Below, one piece after another: positions 12,350-26,861 of a stretch of DNA of 64,000 nt. The notes under the pieces are model-generated. The model did no database searches. It was not told the DNA's origin and saw only the letters and a program-made list of their open reading frames with translations. The stretch lies in contig NW_003314275.1 of assembly GCF_000143415.4 (NCBI RefSeq), positions 2,399,419 through 2,463,418 on the forward strand, given 5' to 3'. How positions within the stretch are numbered: the first letter of the stretch is position 1; each line of letters opens with the position of its first letter. Position numbers and translations under genes: made by a program. The stretch comes from Selaginella moellendorffii. Lineage: Eukaryota; Plantae; Lycopodiophyta.

Positions 12350-15300
12350 TGAAGCCTGGAGAATCTTTTTGTGGTTGAAGAACTATATTTGTAATGAAGA
12401 GCAAGAGCATCATTTATGACAAAAAATCAATTATAATAGAATTTGATTACAAGCAAAATGGTGAGAGGGCTGAAAGAAAATCGAAACTACTACAATGCTA
12501 CTATATGTAAGTAGACTAGCATATCATCAACCACTTTAGGGCTGATCATTATTTAACCAAAAAAGTTTGTAAATATATTACTCACAATCACTAAGTTATA
12601 AATTAAAAATTGATGAACAATTAACCTAGAACAATATATTATTTTTGTATTAAATTTTTCCATTTGTATCAACTTCTAAACTCAAGTTGAATAAACTATA
12701 ACTTAAAAATAGTTATAAGTTTCCCACCTAATTTCATTTAACTCTAAAATTCATTGAGTTAAATTAAATTTTAGCATTATTGTTTATCTTCTATATTTTA
12801 TAAAATACATTTAAAATTCAGTAAGTGGTGTAAAATACAGTTTAATATGTAAACACATATTAGGCAATTGCTACAAGGCACAAAACAAAAATCCTCAGTT
12901 TATATTAACCAAATAAATAAGTAATATTTAAGTTAACATATAACTTAATAAACTAATAAATAAAAAAATTCTAGTTTTTTAATTAGATATTTGTAAGTTT
13001 TAAAACTAAATCTGATCTACATTCCATTCAAATATATCATATCAATAAATATTTTTCTAACACTATTTTGTATTGTTTCAAGTTGAATGTATCTATATTT
13101 GTAGACACAAATATTAATCTTTTTGCACCTGATTATTTAGATATTTCATTGAATATCCAAATACTAATTCAAACACTTTTAAAAGGAGCTTTAGGTCACC
13201 AAGGGTAGTAATATGCTTTTTGCAAGCTAGGAATAATAGAAATTGTTACCGTCACACTCAAGATCATGAAATGCAAAGATCCTATTTGGAAAAGGATGTC
13301 TTTTGAATTCAATAACATGCTTATTAGCCATCCTGAGACTTGATAGCTTGCAAGGATAATATTCTAAATTATTGACAGTAACTGTAATTATGTAGCTTCT
13401 TTTGGATGTCAATAGACATGTCTTAGCCTGCCAAAAGATCAATATATAAGTTTGTTAAAATTTTGCCTTCAACTCCACTTTCACTTGCTTTGTCATGTTT
13501 GAATGTAGACTTAGATAATTTTTTGTCCAAAAGTAGAACTTTGTTCATGACATCAAAGAACTATAGTTTTTGGTAAAGTTGAGTGAGGATGATATCTAAC
13601 AATATTATTGTGATGATCTTGCAATACTTATAGACTCAAAATGATGGTATAATCTAGTTCAACAACCCAATCAATTTTATGTTTATGATGTGCTATAAGG
13701 TATGTCTTTCCTTCACTTTATAAGGGATTATTTATATATTTTTTTTTTCTATCCTTTAGTAAAGGTCAAGCAAGATGTATATGAATTTGTGTATATGGAG
13801 AAGGGTTGAAAAGAGCTCTTGGCTGAGTTTTTACAAATTGAGTATAAAATTCAATATGTAAAGTCTTTAAAGTTGAAGACACTAGTATGCATTACAAACA
13901 ATCATAGGCCAAAGGAGCAACTAAAGAGTATAGCTAAACTTTATACTCACAAATATAAATTTCTTATTGTGTGCTTCATTTTTCTCAATTACACATATTG
14001 CTTTTGTAGTGAACAAAACTTTAGATGATATGATTTACAATATCACAAAATTGATTTCCATATAAATAACAAATAGAGACTCTAAAGTTCCCCAATGTCT
14101 ACTTGATGAACAAAGAAAAAGGACTGTTAAAAGTATTTGAGAACATGATAAGCAAGGTTATCTATATCATGCAAACTGTGAGCAAGGTCTTGGGATATTT
14201 AGTATCAAAGAGTGGGGCTCTTAGGGAGAGTTGCAGTTCTCAACTTCTCACAAAGGTGTGAATTTACAAGGAAGTGTGGTGGATTGTAAGTAATTAAAGA
14301 GAATGACTTGAGAGATAATCTATAAAGGTTCAAATATAAAAGGAAAAAACCCATGAATAAAAGTGCACCCTTTTTTCCAATTGATTAAAGGTCTTAGGTT
14401 ATTTGGAGTTAAATGTCTTTAGGTTTGAATAGTACTGGGCTAAGTGACCTCATGGGAAGTTTAAATTTAATGACGATGCAAGTGACAATGGAGATAAGGA
14501 TAAGGAAGTTCCAAATCAAACTCATATTCCACCACCTGATAACCAGGATCAAGCTATAATTTCACTACCAAATGATTATATGATAGTAAGGTTTCTTATT
14601 CATATAACTCTTCTATAGCCGATAACATATCGAGGCATTGTGGGTGTCTTTATTGGCTCCTACAGTAAATTGCTGATATCTTTCACAAAAGACGACATGA
14701 ATATGGAAATACAACACCAGTTTGACCATTAGTGCTAAAAGATATAAAAGCCCTTGCAAACTTTATTCTCTTTAACTTTCCAAATAGTTTTCAAATATTG
14801 ATGGGAAAGTTGAGGACTAGAAACTTTCTCACATCTAACCACTTGTGTGATATATTCTTCTTGTCATAAACATTTCTATATGAAGTTGGATATATCATTT
14901 TTATCTTATTAAATGACCCCAACTGAATGTATGAGCTTATGATGTGTGTAGCAGAAGTTTATTTCAAGTCATTCTCCTCTGAATGCATCATGGATCCTAT
15001 TAACATCAATATTAGGGGCATTCAAAGTAAGTCTGAAAAGGTGAGTAGATATTTCATATTTTTATTTAATTTCTAAACTTTCTCATTTTCCAAGTTATGA
15101 TGTGAACTGTTGCAAATGTGACTTTAGGTATCGAAAGTTACTTGTTAGTTAATCCTTGTGGATATTCTTTCCTTACTACCATAATAGCAAGAGGTCAATA
15201 TTGTTGGACCCTTTTTTTCAATCTCCGCCTAAGCTAGTTAAGAAATTAGTCTTTGCGTATGCACTTGACTAAATGAGCATCAAGACAGAATTCCTAAGTG

Positions 15301-15550
15301 CTATTAGTAAAATATATTTGACTTAGTTAAAGAAACTCATTCATTGACTTGCACTTACTAGTGTTGGGAAACCCCTATGATATTAAGCTTGGTCCCTCAA
15401 TATTTGTCAGATGATAGCTTACTGTGTTTGCCAAACACCCTTGCTATCATACACTTTGTGTTAATACCATTCAGTGAAACATGTATGTACATTCCCCAAT
15501 GTCCCGTAAGGATTAATACAAAAACCAGGCATGCTGCCCAAAGGTCACGC
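12350..15550. repeat. Diverged copy of the AT-rich segment holding the empty chromovirus site (GTTGAGTGAGGATG, ~13578-13591) and the empty DNA-transposon site (~14366-14380)
   Basis: Collinear with ~25140-26861 and then ~21582-23430. Confidence 0.8.
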
Positions 15551-16121
15551 TATCTAGTGGAGATCTCCCTCATCTAAAGTGAGACTAAGCCTACAATACA
15601 AGTGGCTGCTATTGCCTTCATCGTATCGCATCCAGATCCAAGTCCCCCCTTTGTGCTGACTGCAAGATTGACTCCAGGGGGCGCCATTTCCAATGAACCT
15701 TATTGTGGTCTCCTTCACCGAAACATGGTAGCCATGCTTTCTGCCACTCCTCGAGCCTCTCGAGCTTCCTCCTGTCTTGGAGGATAGCATGGTGAAGTCG
15801 TACTGCCCCCAGTGTAAGTCTCCACCATTCTGCCAGTACCTGTGATACTTTGACCTATGTCCCGTCGAAGTGCGCCTGGTTACGTGCTTCCCAAAGGGCT
15901 TGGACTCTCATTGCACGCCATACCACCCATCAAGCATGGCCAAGTGCCTCCTACATAGGGACTCCTATCTCCACTCTAGTCACATCTTAGTGGACCTAAA
16001 TCCCCCAACCATGTCGTCCTTTGCACCTGATGTGTCGTAGGGCTGGGCCCTAAGCAGGACCCCTCGCTCCCTCGAACCAGTGGAGCACATCCCCACTGTG
16101 GGCCTCAAAATCCTGTGTAAC
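15550..16121 (-). mobile_element. LINE 3' end fragment, inverted paralog of 61123-~61695
   Basis: Reverse-complement similarity to the LINE ORF2 tail and 3' UTR. Confidence 0.8.
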
Positions 16122-16533
16122 TGTCGCGAATGTGACTTCGGGTATCGAAAGTTACCTGTCGACTAGTCCTTACGGACACTCTTACCTTACTGCCACGATG
16201 GCAGGAGGTCGGTATTGCTAGACCCTTTATTAGTCCCTCTTGTACTAGTGGAGTTAACTGGGAATTTTGAGTGTACTTAGACCGGATGAGCATAAGGATG
16301 GAATTCCTATGTGTTATTAGCTAAGCATACTTAGCTCGGTAAGGAGTTCCCGTCTCGTTTTCTTTTGCACTTGCTAGTGATAAGAACCCTCGCGTATTGA
16401 GATTAGTCCCTCAATATCGCTACATGATAGCTTACCATGTCTGCCAAACACCCTTGCTATCTGCACTATTTCGGCATACCAATGGCTTAACGCGAGGATA
16501 TGGGTACTCCACCAGCTAGCATGGAATGGAACT

Positions 16534-16633
16534 NNNNNNNNNNNNNNNNNNNNNNNNNNNNNNNNNNNNNNNNNNNNNNNNNNNNNNNNNNNNNNNNNNN
16601 NNNNNNNNNNNNNNNNNNNNNNNNNNNNNNNNN
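16534..16633. other. Assembly gap (100 N)
   Basis: N run. Confidence 0.99.
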
Positions 16634-16938
16634 GCCTCAGGTTAGTCGGCCATGCCCAACCCACCCACTATCCCTACTATACATTTGGAACCCCCCCCCC
16701 CCCTTGAGGAACACATGCTTTGGGCTTTCACCCCAAGCCTCCCTTAGTATCAGGAGTTTGTTTCTGGGACAAGCTCGAAACTTACTAAATATGGAATGTC
16801 CCTAGATTGCGAATTTGGACATGGGATGAATACCATTGTAATCAGGACAATCTCTACATTCTGTAGATATGCCAAATGAGCAAATCTGGACACTTTCCAT
16901 AAATAGCATTTGGGACCGAAATGAGATTAACACAAAGG

Positions 16939-19900
16939 GTCTCTCTCAGGGGTTTTGTCTTGCCTCAATCTATGCTGCAGAGTTTCAACTCTTTGCCTTG
17001 GACACTCAGTGGGATGAGCGGGCCCTGATTGATCAATTTCGTTTCAGCCTCAACAATGGTGTCAAGGATTTTTTGCTCACCATGGAGGATCCCACGGACC
17101 TGTCAAATGCCATCAACAAAGCTGTTCAATGTGACAATCGTCTCTTTGAACATCGTTAGGAAAGTCGCCGCACCGCCGTTTTTCCGTCCCAGACTTAGGA
17201 ATCCCAGCTTGAGTCTTCGGGGCATACTCCCAAACTTACTACTCCGGTCCCGATGGATATTTCTGGTACTCCCCGACTCATCAGAGGGAAGTTGAGTCCT
17301 ACTAAGAAGCAACGTCGAATATCTCATAATCTTTGCCTCTACTATGTTGATCCTAATCACAAAGCAGCTGTGTGTCCCAAGAAGCCTCCCCGACTGCTCG
17401 AGTTCACTCTACCTCAAGGTCCACCTTTGTTGTAGTCGGGAAACGACCCTGTCCAAACAGAATAGAAGCTGTCTATTTGGACTCCCCGAATAAAAATCAC
17501 TTTTCTTCTTTATCAAGCTCCTCACCACCTTTCATCAAAGCCACCACCAATTCCCACAACTTCCTCATTCTATGTCTCGTTTCTTTCACCGGACAATCAA
17601 GACTCAAGGCTCTGGTGCTACTGGACTCGGGTGCAACTTCCTACTTCATGGACACAGACTTTGTTGCCCGATATCATGTTCCTCTTTCTCCTACCATACG
17701 GGATTTAAGGGTTGAAGGCATTGGCGGACATTTTGTGTCTCCATCTTCTGGCCTTAGGGAAACGTTGCATGTTCGAGTACACATCAGGTCCACCATCACT
17801 GATATCACCTTCAACATTATCAATAGCAAGTCCTCCTCTGTGGTGCTTGGCCTTCCTTGGTTCCAACTACACCAGCCTCACATATGTTGGAAGGAATTAC
17901 AGCACATCTCTCCCACGTCACCATCTCCCACAGCTTCCCCTACTGTTCATTGAGTCCAACTCAAGAAAAGTTCCCTCAACTCAAATTGGGGTTCTGGTCT
18001 TGACTCTACGAAATTTTCACCCTCTTCTTTTCCCTCTCTTCCATCTTACACTGGACAATATCCTCGTCTCATCATTCCATTTAGTCGTGCCTCCTCCTAT
18101 CTCCACAATCACTATGAAAGAACTTCTTCATGAAGAACCTATTTTCCTTTTTGCTTTGCATGTTTCTCTTGTCAGTCTTCCTGAGAAGTATCATGATTTT
18201 GGGGATGTGTTTGACAAGAAAAAAGCTAATGCACTACCTATTCATTAGCCTTATGATTGTCTTATTGATTTACAGGAAAGAGCGTCACCTCCGTGGGGGC
18301 TTATCTAAGGGTTATCTCTGTCCAAGCTTAAGGCCCTCAAAGGGTATGTGGATGAGAATCTTGCCTCAGGGTACATTCAGCATTCACAGTCCCCGACTAG
18401 AGCGCTTGTCTTCTTTGTCAAGAAGAAGGGTGGGAGTTTGCGGCTAGTCATCAACTCCTAAGGTTTGAACATGTTGACTATTTGGAACCGTTATCTGTTG
18501 CCCCTAATCTTGGACCTATTGGAACGCCTCGGTGGTGCCCACTTCTTCACCAAGATCGACCTCCGTGGAGCATACAACCTGATCCGGATCCGGCCTGGTG
18601 ACGAATGGAAGACTACGTTTCGAACCCGCTATGGCCACTTCAAGTACATTATCATGCCATTTAGCTTGACAAATGCTCCAGCAGTTTTTCAACACATGGC
18701 GAACGACATCTTTCAGGAGTTTCTTGATCAAATGGTGATCGTCTACCTCGACGACATCCTCATCTACTAAAAAACTCAAGAGGAGCACGACGAGTATGTG
18801 CGCAAGGTGCTGGTGAAGCTGTGGGAACATGGCCTATACGCGAAACTTAAGAAATGTTCCTTCGATCAGGAGTCTGTGGAGTTCCTTGGGTACATTGTCA
18901 CTTCTAAGGGCATCATGATGGATCTTACCAAAGTCAAGATTATTCTTGAATGGGAGCATCCACAATCAATGTCGGACGTTCAGGTTTTCCTTGGCTTCGC
19001 CAACTTCTACCGCAAATTCATTGATCACAACTCTAACATTGTCCTTCCTCTCATGCATCTCACTCGCAAGGATGTTCCCTTCTCTTGGTCTGCTGCTGCC
19101 TAGCAAGCCTTCGACACACTCAAGGCGGCCTTTAATTCTGCTCCCATCTTGATCCATGCTGATCCCTCACAACCTTTCTTCATCGAGGCTGACACCTCCA
19201 ATTTTGCCATCGGTGCTGTGTTGTCTCAACTCAGAGCGGATCAGTAATTTCATCCGGTCGCTTTCTATTCTCAGAAATTCCAGCCTGCGGAGATCAATTA
19301 CGAAATCCACAACAAGGAGCTCCTTGCCATCGTGGATTCCTTTGGAGAGTGGCATCATTTCTTGGAGGGGGCAAGCCATCAAACAACGGTCTGGATGGAT
19401 CACAAAAATCTCGAATGCTTTGCCACTTCCCGAGTTTTGAGCCATCGTCAGGCAAGGTGGGCGCAATTCCTGAGTCAATTTGACTTTGTTATCAAGTACA
19501 GACCTGGAAAGCTTCAAGGCTTTCCTGATGCTCTTTTAAGGTGCTCCTATCTCAGTCTCAGGCCTTGTAATCCTGCCTTCGATCAACAGGATCAGGTTAT
19601 CCTTGGTCCTGATCGGCTTCAAGTTATGGCAATTTCCCTGGTCCCTCAGGACTCCTCCTTGATGGATGCGATCAGAAACAATCTTCAATCCAACGACCTT
19701 GCCAGCGACATTTTCCCCCATCTTCAAGCTGGACACCTAGTGACTCCCGACTACCAGCAATTTGATGAGTTCGAGTTCTTAGATGGCTTGTTGTACCGTG
19801 GGGAGCAACTTTACATTCCTAAAGGTGATGCTCGAAGGTTGGTCCTGATGGCGTGCCACGATAGCCTGACTGCTGGTCACTTCGGCATTGTGAAAACCTA

Positions 19901-21581
19901 TGAGCTGGTTGCACAAGACTTTTGGTGGCCTCACATGGATGACTATATCAAAGCTTTTGTTACCTCCTATGACACTTGCACCCGGAATAAAGTACCTCAC
20001 CACCTTCCTTCAGGTTTGCTTCGTTCCCTCCTGGTCCCTTCAGGTCCTTGGGAATCCATCTCCATGGATTTCTTGAGTGATCTTCCGAGTTTTAGAGGCT
20101 TCAAAGGCATTTTAGTCATAGTCGATCTCTTCACAAAGATGGCACACTTCTTGCCGTGTACCAAGGAGTTTTCGGGCAAGGACATGGCAAAACTGGTATT
20201 TAGGGAAATTTTCCGACTTCATGGGATTCCTGCAGATGTGGTTTCGGATCTGGGACATCAATTCATCTCTCATTTCTGGCAACGGTTCTTGCAGCTGCTT
20301 GGAGTGAAGGCCAACCTCTCTTTGGCATATCATCCTCAAACTGATGGACAGTCCAAGCGAACGATTCAGACGTTGAAACAATTCCTGAGATGCTTTATCA
20401 ACTATCATCAGGATGATTGGTTCAATATCCTTCCCCTTGTTGAGTTCTCTTATAACAATTCTGTTCACTCCTCCCTTCGAGTTTCCCCCTTCTTTGCGAA
20501 CTCTGGCCGAAATCCCCGATTCAATCTCTCACTTCCTTCTCCATCCGAATCCTCTCGTTTAAATCCCTGCTCTGAGGCATTTGTCTCCAACCTCCAGGAA
20601 ATCCACAACTCCATCTCCTTCCACCTCCATCATGCTTAGGAATCTCACAAAACATTTGCCAATGTCCATCGTCAGGATTGTCCCCCTTATAATATCGGGG
20701 ATAAAGTTTGGCTCTTCAGGCAAAATATCTCCACCACCAGGCCATGTCCCAAACTTAATTTCAAATGCCTCGGTCCTTTCCCTATCATTGCCATCATTAA
20801 TCCTGTCACTTATCGCCTTGCACTTCCTTCCTCATATCAAATTCACCCCGTTTTTCGCACCTCTCTCCTTGAGCCTTATATTCCCAGTCCTATTCCAAAT
20901 TGGGTCATTCTTCCGCCTCCACCAATGCAGCTCGAGGATGGGTGTGAGTACGAGGTTCAGGACATCCTTGATTCCAAGATCTCACAGTCTAAACTCTACT
21001 ATCTGGTAGATTGGAAGGGTTACGGACCTGAGAAACGCACTTGGGAACCTGCATACAACCTAATTCATTCTCCTGACCTTGTTTGGGACTTCCACTGCCG
21101 CTATCCTTTTCGTCCCAGTCCTCATTCTTTTTCTCCATCTTCTGTCCTTCATTGCCCATCTCATCCTCCTCTTTGTTCTCATTCACATCCTCGTTCCATT
21201 CGTTCTTGAGGAGGGGGTGTTGTTAGGAATCCCCCAATTCCTGCCACATTCTTGACTCTCGCTGGATTCCTGACCTACAGACCATATTCTTGACTCTCAA
21301 GACACTTCCCTATTCCTGACTCTCTGATTTCCCGTATAATTCCTGAATCTCGAGCCACATTCTTGATGATGATGTGGCACCTCCTCGACCTTAGCTATAT
21401 TTAGGCTGTCTTCGATCCAAAAGTGGTGGAGCTTCATCAACCTATAATATATATAGGTTAGCCTTGTTCTATTTCTCCACAATCTAAATTAACGCCAGTC
21501 TAAGGCCTTTTCTTTGTTTCCACTAGTTTTTCTCTTTGTTTTCTGCATTTTCGAGTCTTGATCTTATTGGGGGTCTTGACA
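16939..21581 (+). mobile_element. Chromovirus (Ty3/Gypsy, Tcn1/sushi-like) copy A, lacking its 5' LTR and gag start; defective
   Basis: Gag tail, GGGAAAC slip site (17438-17444), LDSGA protease, KIDLRGAY and YLDD RT, RNase H, integrase (ISMDF), chromodomain EYEVQDILDSK...YLVDWKGYGPEKRTWEP, PPT, 3' LTR 21221-21581 followed by GAGTG. Many stops. Confidence 0.95.
20925..21209 (+). pseudogene. Integrase-terminal chromodomain
   Basis: YEV.ILD...YLVDWKGY....TWEP motif. Confidence 0.9.
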
Positions 21582-24500
21582 GAGTGAGGATGATATCTAA
21601 CAATATTATTGTGATGATCTTGCAACACTTGTTCAACACTCATAGACTTGAAATGATGGTATGATCTGGTTCAACAACCCAATCAATTTTATGCTTATGG
21701 TGTGCTATAAGATATATCTTTCCTTCACTTTATTTTTATTTTTCTAGTTTCTATTCTTTAGTAAAGGTTAAGCAAGATGTATATGAACTTGTGTATCTAG
21801 AGAAGAGTCAAGAAGAGCTCTTGGTTGAGTTTTTACAAATTAAGTATAAAATTCAATATGTAAAGTCTTCAAAGTTGAAGAAACTAGTATGTATTACAGA
21901 CAATCACAAGTTGGAGTGGCTAGAGAGTATAGCTAAACTTTATGCTCACAAATATAAATTTCTTATTGCATGCTTCATTTTTCTCAATTACACATATTAC
22001 TTTTGTAGTGAATAAAACTCTAGATGATATGATTTACAATATCGCAAAATTAATTTCTATACAAGAAACAAATAGAGACTCTAGAGTTCCTCAATATCTA
22101 CTTGATGAACAGAGAGAAAAAACTGTCAAAAGTATTTGAAAACATGATAAAGAGGGTTATCTATATCACGCAATTTGTGAGTAGTGTATTGGGATATTTA
22201 ATATCAAAAAGTGGGGCTCTCGAGGAGAGTTGCGGTTCTCAACTTTTCAAGAGGGCGTGAATTTGCAAGGAAGTGTGGTACATTGTAAACTAATTTGAGA
22301 AATAATTTATAAAGGTTCAAATATAAAGGGCACCGTTTTTTCCCAATTAGTAGGTTATTTGGGGTTAAATTTCTTTGGGTTTAAATAGTATTGGGTTTGG
22401 TGACCTTATGAGAAGTTCAAATTCAATGATGATGTAGTGACAATGGAGATGAGGATAAAGAAGCTTTGAATCAAACTCATATTCCCATTTGATAACCAAG
22501 ATCAAGCTCTAATTTCACAATCAAACAATCATAAGATGGTAGCTTTTTTATTCATATGACTCTTCTATAGGTTTGTTTTATTTTCCCAATAACACATCGA
22601 GGCATTGTGGGTGTCTTCATTGGCTTCTATAGTAGATTACTGACATCTTTCACAAAAGAAGACATGAACATGGAAATACAACATTAGTTCGACCATTAGT
22701 GTTGAAAGATATAAAAGCCCTTGCAAACTTCATTCTCTTCAACTTTCTAAATAGTTTTCAATAATTGATGGGAAAGTCAAGGACTAGAAACTTTCTCACA
22801 CTCGACCACCTGTATGATATATTCTTTTTGTTATAAACATTTTTACTCGAAGTTAACTATGTCATTTTTATCTTACTAAACGACCCCAACTGGATGTATG
22901 AGCTTATGATGTATGTAGCAAAAGTTTATTTCAAGTCATTTTCCTTCGAATGCATCATGAATTCTATTGGCATCGATATTAAGGGCATTGAAAGTAAGCC
23001 TAAAAAGATGAATAGGTATTTCATATTTTATCTAATTTCTAAACTTTCTCATTTTCCAAGTTATGATGTGGACTATCGTGAAAGTGACTTCAAGTATTAA
23101 AAGTTATTTATCGGCTAGTTTTTTTGGATATTCTTTCTTTATTGCCACGACGGCGAGCAGTATTGCTAAACCTTTTTTTTCAGTCTTCGCCTAAGCTAAT
23201 TAAGAAACTGGTCTTTACGTATGAACTTGACCAGATGAGCATCATGATGGAATTCCTAAGTGCTATTAGTCAAACATACTTGACTTGGTTAGAGAAACTC
23301 ATTCATTGACTTGCACTTACTAATGTTGGGAACCCTTGTAAAATTTTGCTTAGTCCCTCAATATTTGCCAAATGATAGTTTACCGTGTCTGCCAAACACC
23401 CTCACTATCATATGCCTTCTGTTAGTACCATTCGGTTCCAAATGCTATTTATAGAAAGTGTCTAAATCTACTTATTTGGCATATCTACAGAATGTAGAGA
23501 TTATTCTGACCATAATAGTATTGGTCTCGTATTCATATTTGCAATCTAAAGACATTCCATATTTAATAAATTTCAAGTTAGTTCTAGAGACTAACTCTTG
23601 GTACTAAAGGTAGTTAAAGTTGAAAGCCCAAAGCATATGTTCCTCAAGAAGGGGGGGCTATCAAAGGTTCCAAATATATAGTAGGGATAGTGGGTAAGTT
23701 AGGCATGGCCAACTAACTTAAGGCATAATTTAACTTTTATTTGCATGCGTATCTTTGTTCTGCATCCAACTTGGGTTTAAGTCCAAATTCCATACCATGC
23801 TAATTAGTGAAATACCCATATTTTTACGTTAGGCCACTGGTATATTGAAATAGTGTCAAACTTTATTTGGGTCCGTTTTGCATGCTAGTCTTGGTATTAG
23901 AATGTTAAATGCTCTAAAACTGTTCCTACATCACTCCATGCTCCTGTCTCTTCACTTTTTGGGCTGAATGCTCAAAAATCACACCATACTCCAATTCTTT
24001 CACTCATTGGCTGCAAGTTTGGGAGTTTAGCTCCGTATCTTCATTTAGTGGCCCAATGAGTGGCCTTAAAACTTGAGTTCCACTTTGTTGTCCATTGGAT
24101 ATATGTGGTATATGGAAGGTTTAAATTCCACTTTGTGGTTATCCTATGATAAATCACCATAAAATAAAGGGTGAAAACCACGTGCCATATCATGCCTTTT
24201 ACAAAAACATGCATAATGAATTTCGTGATAGTGAGTATGTAGTATGCGCATTTTGCCTAGGTATGATAGTTCTATTGACATCATAAGGAATATCACAAAT
24301 GATTTTTTATGTGTGCAAAGCATTGTCTTTCAAGTGTGCATTTAATGTATAAGTTTGCAAAAAAAAAAACTTTTGGAACTTGACAATAGGATGTAGTAGG
24401 GGGATGCTAGTAGTGGTTAAAGTTTGTGGGAGTTACTTTATAATGGACATAATATTGATTCTGGGATCAAGTGTAATGTGTTTAATTTAAAATCAAATAT

Positions 24501-26861
24501 ATGACTAATGCTCTCTAAATGTATATGCATTGGTAAGTTATTCATTAGAGAGGGGTTGTTTTTTTCAAGAGATCTTAAAGGAGCTCCCTTTGTAACCTTC
24601 AACATTGATTGTTATCGGAGATTTTAATTTTATCAAAGACAAATAAAACATTTTTATTTGTCACCAAATTTATGTCATAATAATGAGAAACTAAATATTG
24701 CTATAGAGTATAAAGACTTCTTGGATCACTGTTTTGTTAACAATATTAATCCTTAAAGATGTGGAATCAAGAAGCCTACATTATCACAGTGAACAGTGAG
24801 TACAGCATACATGATTTTCACCCTTTATTCTATAATGATTTACCATAGGATAACCACAAAGTAGAACTTATCCTTTTATATGCCACATGCCACATACCAT
24901 GTGTCTAGGGACAGTGGATTAGAACTTGAGTTTTAAGGCTTTGGGCCACTAAACAAAAGGACAGAGCCTAACTCCCAAACTTAGAGATAAAGAGCAAAAG
25001 AATTAGAGCATAAAATGACTCTTGAGCATTTAGCCCAAGGAGTGAAGGGATAAGAGCATGGAGATGTGCTCCAGGTCGAAATAGCTTCATGTCTGCTGGA
25101 TATGCAGTGGAATGACTCTAGCAATTGGTTTTGCAAAAGCCTGAGAATCTTTTGTGGTGGAAGAACTATATTTGTAATGAAGAGCATGAATCCAAATTTG
25201 CACCATTTATGACAAAAAATCAATTATAATAGAATTTGATTACAAGAAAAATGGTGAGAGGGCTGAAGGAAGAAAAAGAATATAAGTCCTAACTAAATTA
25301 AAAATTGATGAACGATTAACCTGAATTTATGGATATTGATGCTAAAGATTGGATAAAACGAGATCAGGACAATATATTATTTTTGTATTAATTTTTGGTT
25401 TGCTTAAGCAAACCTATAAGCGGACTGGGATGGTAGTGAATATACCTAGAATATGTTTGAATATTCTAGGATATTCTATCATCTAACGGTTGTTATTCAT
25501 TTAGATTAATCTTGTATTTATTATTTATAAACATGTTTATAATTTATAAACTTTCTTAAACCTTTTCTATTATATTCTTTTTTATTCTACCATCTAATGG
25601 TTGATATGCAATAAAATTAATCTTGTATATATAAATTGCAAACATGCTTATAATTATAAACTTTATTTGATCAATTGGATTAATCAGTAATAATAACACT
25701 AGTTTTAATCAAACCAAGCGTTGCTACATGCAACGCGTAGCAATTTATTTATTCTATCATCTAATGGTTGATATGCAATAATATTAATCTTGTGTTTATA
25801 AATTACAAACATGCTTATAATTATAAACTTTATTTAATAAGTAGGATTAATAAGTAATAATAAAACTACTATTAAGCAAACCAAGCGTTGCTACATGCAA
25901 CATGTAGCAATTTATTTTCATTTGTATCAACTTCTAAACTCAAGTTGTATAAACTATAACTTGAAAATACTTATAAATAAACTTTCCTTGTATTAGGTTT
26001 CCCATCTAATTTCATTTAACTCTAGTTATTTAATTCATTTAATTTTAGCATTATTTTTTATCTTCTATATTTTATAAGATACATTTAAAACTCAGTAAGT
26101 GGTGTAAAATACAATTTAATATATAAACACATATTAGGCAATTGCTACAAGGCACAAAACAAAAATCCTCAGTTTATATTAACCAAATAAATAAGTCATT
26201 TATAAATAAGTTAACATATAACTTAATAAATTTATAAATAAAATTTATTATTAAAAAAATTAGTTTTATAATTATATATTTGTAAGTTTTAAAACTAAAT
26301 CTGATCTACATTCCATTCAAATATATCATATCAATAAATATTTTGCTAACACTATTTTGTATTGATTCAAGTTGAATGCATCTATATTTGTAGGCACAAA
26401 TATTAATCTTTTAGCACCTGATTATTTAGATATTTCATTTAATATCTAAATACTAATTCAAACATTTTTAAAAGGAGCTTTAGGTCACTAAAGGTAGTAA
26501 TATTCTCTTTGCAAGCTAGGAATAATAGAGATCATTACTGTCACACTCGAGATCGTGAAATGTAGGGATTCTATAAAGGAGGAATTCAATAATATGCTTA
26601 TTAGACATTCTGAAACTTAATAATTTGCAGGGATAATATTCCAAATTATTAACAGTAACCATAAATATGTAGCTTCCTTTGGATATCAATAAATCTATCT
26701 TGGCCTGCCAAAAGATCAATACAAGGTTTGTTAAAAAATTTCTTTCAACTCCACTTTCACTTGCTTTGTCATATTTAAATGTAGATTTAGATAATTTTCT
26801 GTCCAAAAGTAGAACTTTGTTCATGATATAAAACAACTTTAGTTTTTGGTAGAGTTGAGTG
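21582..26861. repeat. AT-rich duplicated backbone between the chromovirus copies; 21582-24786 is paralogous to 39715-39843 plus 52337-55324
   Basis: Direct similarity ends at GAAGCCTACATTATCA (24786 / 55324). Contains the empty site CACCGTTTTTTCCCAATT at 22331-22348. Confidence 0.85.
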
